Assembly (NCBI GenBank): GCA_965235115.1
Contig: OZ249436.1
Coordinates: forward strand, 1,924,001 to 1,988,000
DNA from: Laetmonice hystrix
Lineage: Eukaryota
Direction of reading: 5' to 3'
Length of the DNA: 64,000 nucleotides
Shown here: one piece after another, positions 49,400 to 60,453 of the stretch
Layout: each line of letters opens with the position of its first letter
How positions within the stretch are numbered: position 1 is the stretch's first letter
Notes under the pieces: generated by a model
Seen by the model: the letters and a program-made list of their open reading frames with translations, nothing else
Database searches by the model: none
What the model was told of the DNA's origin: nothing
Made by a program: the position numbers and the translations under genes

Positions 49400-51800
49400 A
49401 CTCCCTGAAGAAGTCCTTTGATTGGTTAAATTTAGTCGTAGATTAGTAGGATTTAGCCAATCAAAAGACAGAGCAGGTAGAATAAAGTGTTTACGATGAT
49501 CCAGTATGATTTGGGACAGGTCCATGGCTCAGAAATGGCACCTAACACACACAGTAGCCCATAGCACAATGTCGAATCACAAAGTCGTGACACTTTAGAG
49601 TTTAGATCATCACATTTATTAATATTTCTTTTTAAATTCTCATCAGGTGAATGGTGAATCAACCGAAAGCATTAAAAACAATTGGAAGTTTTCACGATGT
49701 ACATTATTCAGGATAAAGTAATTTTCTTATATTTTCGATATATGAACGCTCATAATTTACATGAATCAGAAACTTGTTTTCATCCCAAGACTGGAATCGT
49801 GTAGCTTTTGAATTCATGAATTTATTAGGCACAAAAGTACACTTTACACTTACACTCCATGAGTATTATCAGATACGAGTGGTGCACCATTCACAACTGA
49901 AAGCGCGGTATCTTCACTGATTTAATTCTTTTGAGAGCTTCCGTATGACATTTATACCATCAGTATCATGTGGTCTACCCAATCCGTCTTTTAAATGTCA
50001 TTTTCTGAGTGACTCCTTGTCAGAGAAACCTCAATAGTAAGATGATTCCTATTTACATCATTCAGAGAATCGTAGATTCTTTTCTTTTATTAGGTAATCT
50101 GAACTGTGTATCAAGTGTCTTTCCCGAAGTTCAATATGCAAACGATGTCTTTCCGAAACAAAAGTGCAGTATCATATAAAATGTTTCAGAAACCAAAGAA
50201 TAAAATCTTTTTCAAATGCGGTAAGGCACCTTTTCAGTGACCGAAGAATAAAATCTTTGTCCAATCAAGACCTCAGATTTTAACCATTAGTCATGTCACT
50301 GGCAACAAGTGACAAAATCACCATAACTATCAACTTTTTCAAACAAATTCTACGTATATTTTCAACTGCTATTTTATACTCGGGTGCTGACTTTTATCAA
50401 CCGTAAAAGGCTTCTGATGCCATCTTTTGAAAATTTTTAAGAGGAACGCCCTTAAAACTACAGTGCACAATTCACGTAAACCCAAATTGCCATGGAATCG
50501 GTAAAACACGATTTTTTGGAATACGATTTATCTTTGACTACCGTACTATAGAAGCTACTTGCCAGCATATAAAATAATAACAATAATATACAAGCTCCGA
50601 CAGGCTATATGCAGCAGTTAGTTTTGCATAAGAATGCAAATTAGACTCGACAGATCCTTTCTTATATTGAATGGTGGTCTCCTTGTCACCCTAAAATTAA
50701 TAACGCTTGTTTCGCGTTATTTCTCTCATCGATTTGTTGCCAGAGGTATTCCTCCCAGTGCTCTTATCTTTGTTAACTGTGCCCCATGAACAATAGAACT
50801 TATCATGTTATCCATCTCCAGGATTAGGTACGGGAAACCCCCTCCAATGTAATTAAATTCAGGCCACTAATAAATCCATGAATCTCAGCATATCATCACG
50901 AATTCGTGCTCGAAGAAACAATATGTAACTAAAAACAACGATTGGTCAATAGAAAAATCTCACAGTCAGTAGCGATTGTACTCTGGCCTTGCAATATCAC
51001 ACGCATGAAATAAGCCAATCATGTCCGCTGATATTGCAGCTATTGACCTCTGTACCCATCTGTCTGGTAGAGTTAAATTTTGTATAAGTCTGCACGAAAT
51101 CCTTGAGTGGAGATGGAACAAATACCTGATATCTACGTAATCTGTTATATGATTGTGCTCCATGTGCAACAAGACTGTTATCTTGTTGCACATGGAATCT
51201 GCATGAGATGTGGAGTAAATACAAACGTTTCTGGTACCCTTTCAACAGATGGTTCCACCCCGGGTATGTAGTCTCTCTACTCTACGTACAGCCCTATTGA
51301 CGTCTTCATTGTCGCTACCTACATTGATTTTCTTCGTAAACAAAGAGCATGCCCCCAAGTAGACAGAAACCATATTTTATTCTTTGTGTGTTACAAAGCC
51401 AATGTCTACTGTATTGCTATATCGTATCTGTGGTTCGTTTCGTTATGGTGCCATGGCACAACTGTTCCAGTCTTGGAGCTGTATCCTCCCTCGTGTGTAG
51501 ATACTTAGCCGGGTGTTATATCATAAATGCAGTGTATTTTTTTGTTCATGTTTTCTTTTAATACGAAACTGTGTCTGTTGTGCGAGAATGAAAGATGTTG
51601 AAGTTTAGAATAAAGATAATCTTTGTCGTTCTCAGCTTTGGTGGAAAAAGCTTAGTTCTAAATTGTAGTCTGTGCTCGTAGATTTTTCTTTTGAGTGAGA
51701 GTAGCTGCATGATGACCCTGCATGAAAAAATGATTTTACTCCTGTGTCGCAGACAGGAATTCTGTGTTTCGCTCATTTTTGCAGCGACTTTGCATTTCAA
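49400..51800 (-). mobile_element. Degenerate CMC-EnSpm-like transposase remnant
   Basis: Minus-strand fragments in order: TSIGLYVE, KGTRNVCIY, PLKDFVQ, RSIAAISADMIG, TLEGV, APEYKI, GALPHL (cf. animal EnSpm LY.DD..NPLG, PLI.DL, GT....ADNLG, HDLLEG, GPL). Many stops; by eye only; limits approximate. Confidence 0.4.
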
Positions 51801-52073
51801 AAGGCTATGGTCCAGTCAGTTCTGGAACAGAAATTAAAACATCAACCACAATCGTGCAAAAAGGCAAAAATCCTTTTCAGTGTCGGAAGTCGCCTAGTCA
51901 ATGGAAATAACTGATGGTACTAATCGAGTCACAGAAGGAACTTGGTCGTTAACCTACTGACGAGACCGATGAAAATATTCACAGTTCACAGTCGACGGCT
52001 GAAAATGTCAGACAGAGCGTGTGGTGAGAGAAAAAGATATTGTTGGAGGAGATTCAAGGTGTCCGGCGTGGAG

Positions 52074-55000
52074 GCAGGCTGCAGTGATGGGGTTCACTGT
52101 CTCATAACACACAGTCAAACAATTCGCTCAGGTCAGGCCGGGCTGCAGTGATGGGGTTCACTGTCTCATAACACACAGTCAAACAATTCGCTCAGGTCAT
52201 GCCAGGCTGCAGTGATGGGGTTCACTGTCTCATAACACACAGCCACACAATCCGCTCAGGTCAGGCCGGGCTGCAGTGATGGGGTTCACTGTCTCATAAC
52301 ACACAGTCACACAATCCGCTCAGGTCAGGCCAGGCTGCAGTGATGGGGTTCACTGTCTCATAACACACAGTCACACAATCCGCTCAGGTCAGGCCGGGCT
52401 GCAGTGATGGGGTTCACTGTCTCATAACACATAGTCACACAATCCGCTCAGGTCAGGCCAGGCTGCAGTGATGGAGTTACTGTCTCATAACACATAGTCA
52501 CACAATCCCTCAGGTCAGGCCGGGCTGCAGTGATGGGGTTCACTGTCTCATAACACATAGTCACACAATCCCTCAGGTCAGGCCGGGCTGCAGTGATGGG
52601 GTTCACTGTCTCATAACACATAGTCACACAATCCCTCAGGTCAGGCCGGGCTGCAGTGATGGGGTTCACTGTCTCATAACACATAGTCACACAATCCGCT
52701 CAGGTCAGGCCAGGCTGCAGTGATGGGGTTCACTGTCTCATAGCACACAGCCACACAATCCGCTCAGGTCAGGCCGGGCTGCAGTGATGGGGTTACTTTC
52801 TCATAACACACAGCCACACAATCCGCCCAGGTCAGGCCAGGCTGCAGTGATGGGGTTCACTGTCTCATAACACACAGCCACACAATCCGCTCAGGTCAGG
52901 CCGGGCTGCAGTGATACGATTACTGTCACTGTGGTACTGTGTGAGTCTCATAACACACAGCCACACAATCCGCTCAGGTCAGGTAGGCTGCAGTGATGGG
53001 GTTCACTGTCTCATAACACACAGTCACACAATCCGCTCAGGTCAGGTAGGCTGCAGTGATGGGGTTCACTGTCTCATAACACACAGCCACACAATCACAA
53101 TCCGCTCAGCTCAGGCCGGGCTGCAGTGATGGGGTTCACTGTCTCATAACACACAGTCACACAATCCGCTAAGGTCAGGCCAGGCTGCAGTGATGGGGTT
53201 CACTGCCTCATAACACATAGTCACACAATCCGCTCAGGTCAGGCCGGGCTGCAGTGATGGGGTTCACTGTCTCATAACACATAGTCACACAATCCGCTCA
53301 GGTCAGGCCGGGCTGCAGTGATGGGGTTCACTGTCTCATAACGCACAACCACACAATCCGCTCAGGTCAGGCCAGGCTGCAGTGATGGGGTTCACTGTCT
53401 CATAACACACAGTCAAACAATTCGCTCAGGTTAGGCTAGGCTGCAGTGATACGGTTACTGTCTCATAACGCAGTCACACAATCCGCTCAGGTCAGGCCAG
53501 GCTGCAGTGATGGGGTTCACTGTCTCATAACACACAGCCACACAATCTCCGCTCAGGTCAGGCCAGGCTGCAGTGATGGGGTTCACTGTCTCATAACACA
53601 CAGTCACACAATCCGCTCAGGTCAGGCCAGGCTGCAGTGATACGATTACTGTCACTGTGGTACTGTGTGAGTCTCATAATACACAGCCACACAATCCGCT
53701 CAGGTCAGGCCGGGCTGCAGTGATGGGGTTACTGTCACTGTGGTACTGTGTGAGTCTCATAATACACAGCCACACAATCCGCTCAGGTCAGGCCGGGCTG
53801 CAGTGATGGGGTTACTGTCACTGTGGTACTGTGTGAGTCTCATAATACACAGCCACACAATCCGCTCAGGTCAGGCCGGGCTGCAGTGATGCGATTACTG
53901 TCACTGTGGTACTGTGTGAGTCTCATAATACACAGCCACACAATCCGCTCAGGTCAGGCCGGGCTGCAGTGATGAGGTTACTGTCTCATAACACACAGCC
54001 ACACAATCCGCTCAGGTCAGGTAGGCTGCAGTGATGGGGTTCACTGTCTCATAACACACAGCCACACAATCCGCTCAGGTCAGGCCAGGCTGCAGTGATA
54101 CGATTACTGTCACTGTGGTACTGTGTGAGTCTCATAATACACAGCCACACAATCCGCTCAGGTCAGGCCGGGCTGCAGTGATGAGGTTACTGTCTCATAA
54201 CACACAGCCACACAATCCGCTCAGGTCAGGTAGGCTGCAGTGATGGGGTTCACTGTCTCATAACACACAGCCACACAATCCGCTCAGGTCAGGCCAGGCT
54301 GCAGTGATGGGGTTCACTGTCTCATAACACACAGCCACACAATCCGCTCAGGTCAGGCCAGGCTGCAGTGATGGGGTTACTGTCTCATAACACACAGCCA
54401 TACAATCCGCTCAGGTCAGGCCAGGCTGCAGTGATACGATTACTGTCACTGTGGTACTGTGTGAGTCTCATAACACACAGCCACACAATCCGCTCAGGTC
54501 AGGCAGGCTGCAGTGATGGGGTTCACTGTCTCATAACACACAGCCACACAATTCGCTCAGGTCAGGCCAGGCTGCAGTGATGGGGTTACTGTCTCATAAC
54601 ACACAGCCACACAATCCGCTCAGGTCAGGCCAGGCTGCAGTGATACGATTACTGTCACTGTGGTACTGTGTGAGTCTCATAATACACAGCCACACAATCT
54701 CCGCTCAGGTCAGGCCAGGCTGCAGTGATGGGGTTCACTGTCTCATAACACACAGCCACACAATCTGCTCAGGTCAGGCCGGGCTGCAGCGATGATGTCT
54801 CATAACACACAGCCACACAATCCGCTCAGGTCAGGCCGGGCTGCAGTGATGATGTCTCATAACACACAGCCACACAATCCGCTCAGGTCAGGTAGGCTGC
54901 AGTGATTGGGTTCACTGTCTCATAACACACAGCCACACAATCCGCTCAGGTCAGGCCAGGCTGCAGTGATGGGGTTCACTGTCTCATAACACACAGCCAC

Positions 55001-56348
55001 ACAATCCGCTCAGGTCAGGCAGGCTGCAGTGATGGGGTTACTGTCTCATAACACACAGCCATACAATCCGCTCAGGTCAGGCCAGGCTGCAGTGATACGA
55101 TTACTGTCACTGTGGTACTGTGTGAGTCTCATAACACACAGCCACACAATCTCCGCTCAGGTCAGGCCGGGCTGCAGTGATGAGGTCTCATACACACAGC
55201 CACACAATCCGCTCAGGTCAGGCCGGGCTGCAGTGATGGGGTTCACTGTCTCATAACACACAGCCACACAATCCGCTCAGGTCAGGCCAGGCTGCAGTGA
55301 TGGGGTTCACTGTCTCATAACACACAGCCATACAATCCGCTCAGGTCAGGCCAGGCTGCAGTGATACGATTACTGTCACTGTGGTACTGTGTGAGTCTCA
55401 TAACACACAGCCACACAATCTCCGCTCAGGTCAGGCCGGGCTGCAGTGATGAGGTCTCATACACACAGCCACACAATCCGCTCAGGTCAGGCCGGGCTGC
55501 AGTGATGGGGTTACTGTCTCATAACACACAGCCACACAATCCGCTCAGGTCAGGCCGGGCTGCAGTGATGGGGTTCACTGTCTCATAACACACAGTCACA
55601 CAATCCGCTCAGGTCAGGTAGGCTGCAGTGATGGGGTTCACTGTCTCATAACACACAGCCACACAATCCGCTCAGGTCAGGCCAGGCTGCAGTGATGGGG
55701 TTACTGTCTCATAACACACAGCCACACAATCCGCTCAGGTCAGGTAGGCTGCAGTGATGGGGTTCACTGTCTCATAACACACAGCCACACAATCCGCTCA
55801 GGTCAGGCCAGGCTGCAGTGATGGGGTTACTGTCTCATAACACACAGTCACACAATCCGCTCAGGTCAGTCCGGGCTGCAGTGATGGGGTTACTGTCTCA
55901 TAACACACAGTCACACAATCTGCTCAGGTCAGGCCGGGCTGCAGTGATGGGGTTACTGTCTCATAACGCAGTCACACAATCCGCTCAGGTCAGGCCGGGC
56001 TGCAGTGATGGGGTTCACTGTCTCATAACACACAGCCACACAATCCGCTCAGGTCAGGTAGGCTGCAGTGATGAGGTTACTGTCTCATAACACACAGCCA
56101 CACAATCCGCTCAGGTCAGGCCAGGCTGCAGTGATGGGGTTACTGTCTCATAACACACAGTCACACAATCCGCTCAGGTCAGGCCGGGCTGCAGTGATGG
56201 GGTTCACTGTCTCATAACACACAGTCACACAATCCGCTCAGGTCAGGCCAGGCTGCAGTGATGGGGTTACTGTCACTGTGGTACTGTGTGAGTCTCATAA
56301 TACACAGCCACACAATCCGCTCAGGTCAGGCCAGGCTGCAGTGATGAT
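52074..56348. repeat. 64-bp minisatellite with interspersed longer (about 83-bp) variant, roughly 63 copies
   Basis: Unit GGCTGCAGTGATGGGGTTCACTGTCTCATAACACACAGCCACACAATCCGCTCAGGTCAGGCCA; the variant carries ACTGTCACTGTGGTACTGTGTGAGTCTC. Confidence 0.98.
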
Positions 56349-56869
56349 GTTCAACGACACTGTGATGTAACATCCAAGTACAAGTGGGAAAGAGTCTCCC
56401 CTATTATGCAGGTCAAAATATTGAAGCAGACTAAGTTTGTTATTAAGTGACCTGGCTTTCATAACCTCAATGAAATGGGGGTTTTTTGCGCTAAGGTAGG
56501 GTGATAAGTATCGGCATGCTACTTATTCCATAGTCTTACATCCAAATTGTAACAGATTTATAGAGCATTCTATGTAGGGCTGCCTAACTTTTACAACTGT
56601 ATCAACTTTTAGAACAAGAAAGTGATATAAAATCATGATGTGGGAATTTCTCATGTTTTGTAACCGTAATGTGATCATTTATTTCCTTCTAGTCGCTTGC
56701 ATTCAAGTGGATGAAGTTGTTAAAATGTGGCACATCTGGAAAAGTGCAAACAATAGAAAGCTTGGAAAGCCTCGGTTTAAAGAACAAGTTTCTACTGCCT
56801 TTTGGAAAAGAAAAAAACAATGCTTAAAGATCTGAACAAAGAGTTGGGAGTGTCAGGCACAGATGTATG

Positions 56870-57100
56870 AAAGAAATGTTTCAAAACCTGACCTAGGTCA
56901 ACATGAAAGTGCGAGTGGTTGGCCATTAAGGCGAGAATAGGGGAGAGAATGGCAAACATAGTCAACATTCCATTTCGTTTTGAATGCTGCCTTTCAGGCA
57001 TTGTGTCGTTTGTTCTGTGTCCATAATTCTGTTTCTGGATATTGCTTATCACGTCATGCAAACAAAGACTGGTACAAGTGTAAAACTGCCGTAAATCGCT
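56870..57100 (-). mobile_element. Possible hAT C-terminal dimerisation-domain remnant
   Basis: RDKQYP...PERQHS...LALMANHSHFHVDLGQVLKHF resembles CD...YPN...ERSFS...LA.M.IH....IDL..VI..F. Confidence 0.3.
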
Positions 57101-57625
57101 ATCAATGTATTGATGTCAAACTACTGTTGGCCGCCTTGTGCTATTATGGCAGCCATTCCTATTTCGACTTCAGAATACGCAGCCCTACCACTACAATTTG
57201 TCAGTTTATTTGTATTATATTACTTTGATGTGGTATGATTATTTCGATCTGGCATATTTTTCCTCATTTAGTCCAAAAAGATATGAATATTCGCGCAAAC
57301 TCAATGATTCGGGATCTGTTAGATCAGCACAAGCCAGTGATTTCAATGTTAAACCATTCTACAGTTTCTAGTCACCAAAAATATTTATCACTCTACTGGG
57401 TTTATTTGAATGCACACTGTTCATTAAGCGTGAATTAGAGTCTGGATAAAACAGACAAAAAAAAAAGAAAAAGAAAACAACTATCCGGTTTGTGTAGCCA
57501 TGATTCCAGGTTTAATAGTGCCGTAATACAAGAAAAATGAACGTGAATATGCAGCTCTTAGTTCAGGACTGTCCGTCTGAGAAAAGGAAAATCAATTTAC
57601 ATGACTGTATCTTTTGGTATAGCAG

Positions 57626-57641
57626 TGGTGCCCTCTGGTGG
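57626..57641 (-). promoter_or_regulatory. CTCF-like motif in intron 2
   Basis: Reverse complement CCACCAGAGGGCACCA matches the CTCF consensus. Confidence 0.45.
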
Positions 57642-58042
57642 GAGAACGTATAGTAGCCGACAAGAGGAATTTGTATTAAAAGCATTTTAAAATTGATTTT
57701 AGGCCTGTAACGATACTTGTATCATTTGAACATTCTGAACGATAGTAACGGGTAGTAATAGAACAGAGTCATGTTTTTGGTATCCTCCTCACCGAAATCT
57801 GTTTTGAAGATGTTATGGACGTCGTGACGCGTGCTTCACGTTGTTTATATTAACTGTGACGTAGTTACGACTGCAGGAAATCACGCTCATAAATGGTTCA
57901 GCAGCTATTACTGCAAATGGAATCGTACAATCTTAGACTCGATACAGAATGGTGTAATTGTGGGTAATTATAGTGCCGACGATTCTCGTCATCTGAAACT
58001 CTAAGTGGCGGAAGTCAGTTGTTCAGGGTACGAAGGAGAGAT

Positions 58043-58412
58043 TTGTTACACATAACCACCGAAACAACTCTAAATTCTAACCAATGTTACAGATAACCAC
58101 CGAAACAACTCTAAATTCTAACCAATGTTACAGATAACCACCTAAACAACTCTAAATTCTAACCAATGTTACAGATAACCACTGAAACAACTCTAAATTC
58201 TAACCAATTGTTACCGATAACCACCGAAACAACTCTAAATTCTAACCATTGTTACACATAACCATCGAAACAACTCTAAATTCTAACCATTGTTACAGAT
58301 AACCACTGAAACAACTCTAAATTCTAACCAATGTTACAGATAACCACCGAAACAACTCTAAATTCTAACCAATGTTACAGATAACCACCGAAACAACTCT
58401 AAATTCTAAACA
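58043..58412. repeat. 41-bp minisatellite, 9 copies
   Basis: Unit TGTTACAGATAACCACCGAAACAACTCTAAATTCTAACCAA. Confidence 0.97.
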
Positions 58413-59688
58413 ATTAGAATGCCCACTGATAACTCTCCATCATGAGTTTCGGATAGGCAGATGGTTTGCTGGCGTTTAACAGGACGAAACCTTCAAGTTG
58501 AAACTTAATGGATTATTCTCTGACTGTTTTTGGCTTGATTTTAATTGCACAATTTTCAGTAACGTTTCAATATAAAACAGTGATTAGTTGTATTTGATGG
58601 CGGTAGTTTGACCACATATATTCAATAATGACCAGTCATCTGACGGACACAAGCGATAAAATAATCATCTCCTACCATAATGAGCTATTGAAATCACACT
58701 CTCTTCACTATAACCATTTTACAATCTCTGCCTGATATAGATGTGGTAGAAAATGAGGTTTGTGCATGACTCGTTATACTAATTTGAGAATCTTTGATTA
58801 GACAATGTGTGCAATTTATTGTAGAATATTGAAATCACAATAAAGGAGGAACCTTTTCTCCTGTTAAGGAGTTTTCATGAGTGTGGCCAAATGGTTCTAA
58901 GTTAGTTTCTCCATCGTAGATATTGTTTCATTTCATTTACTATGTCAACAGTGAGGAAAACCTGGTACAGTTTTGCAGGGGGCAAAGTGAGCGACCCATA
59001 ACATGAGAAGTTGGTACTGAATCCTACCTCAATAAATCGCGTTTAGTAGATCCAAAGATCGTGAGGCCAGTTTAATACAGCGTCACCTTGGTTAGACTGT
59101 GCGGTGGGCGTCTAGCAATCACTGGTAATGAGGACATAGACCAGAGGATATGAAACAGATTGATAATGTCATTTACAGCCGGGATCTTGGGAGCTTTCAT
59201 AGATTTCAACCCATTCTTACGATATCAATATTCTACCATAGCCCGGCTGGTAACTGTTACTCCCAGTCAGGTTCAGCGCCTGCAGGGTGGCGTTCACATA
59301 TTTATTCATAGCTATGTCTAATGATATTATAGATCTGTAAACATCGGGTGTTAGTGTATGTTTCCGATATATACCGATGATATATTAACTACGACAGATA
59401 CTTTAATACCTTGGTACAGTGGTTTCATACGGCGTTCTGTACATTACTGTGGATGTAAGCACTAAGAAACCTGCACAGGTTGTTTTCTAACAATATACAA
59501 TGGTAATTAACTGATAGGTTATTTCTGTATGATGTTAATTGGTATTCACGATACCCATCGCTGTAAGGTTAAAAATCAGCTCGTGCTAAAGTTATAAATT
59601 TCTATAGATTCTTCACTTCATCTTGTAACAAAGTATGCCACTTCATGATCATGCTTGGGTTAATTAATATGTTTGGTTCATCTTTCAG

Positions 59689-59788
59689 ATAAGTTTCACA
59701 CGTATGTGACTCTCAAGCTACAAAATGTGAAGTCTACAACAATTGCCGTCAAAGGCAATAATCCTAGTTGGGAGCAAGACTTCATGTT
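59689..59788 (+). CDS. unc-13: unc-13 coding exon 3 (100 nt; [33 protein letters not shown] + TT), C2A domain
   Basis: Acceptor TTCATCTTTCAG, donor GTAAGT; near-identical to Munc13 [34 protein letters not shown]. Confidence 0.97.
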
Positions 59789-60453
59789 GTAAGTACAAAT
59801 TTTCATGTCTCTTTCTTTCTGAATGAACATTTTGTATGTCATGACTTTGTTTGGTTTTCAGTATCAAAAGCTACAGGATTCGGGAGTAATTAGTTACGTG
59901 TGCGGCTGATGGGGTACAGGTCGACCGGGATCATCCAGAGAAACATCATATTATCCTTAAATAGCAGGCTGTTTGGGGTGTTTTGGTACCCGCAGGGTTC
60001 AACAACAAAATTAGTCAAATGTAGGTCCATGCACTGCCAAAAGACTTTTGTATGAACATAATTGTGGACTCCTTGCCTTAAAAATCTTGCCGCTCCCAAC
60101 ATCTTTCTTCAGGGGGGATTCCCCCCTCGTTCACAAATTAGGAAACCACCCCGCATGGAGTATGCTCGTCTGAGACATCATTAGGGATGTTAACAGCAGC
60201 TCGCCCACCTGAAAACACATGATCCACGCCTACACACACACCGGCGATTTCACAGGAAATGGGCAAATAGTAAACTGGGTAAAACGTGAAAGTTGCTGAT
60301 TAAATCCATTCCTTAAAAAAAATTCCTGAGATCAGAAAATTAATTCTTGAGATATTTTTACATGATAGGATAAAAAAAAATCTCACCAAAGAAACGAGAG
60401 GGTATTGATTTACTGCTGCAGTGGGCTGGCTGTGTTCTGGTTGATAGAACGCA

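Larger units (their letters stand above)
28575..59688 (+). other. unc-13: unc-13 intron 2 (31,114 bp)
   Basis: GT...AG between exons that join in frame into a continuous C2A sequence. Confidence 0.88.
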
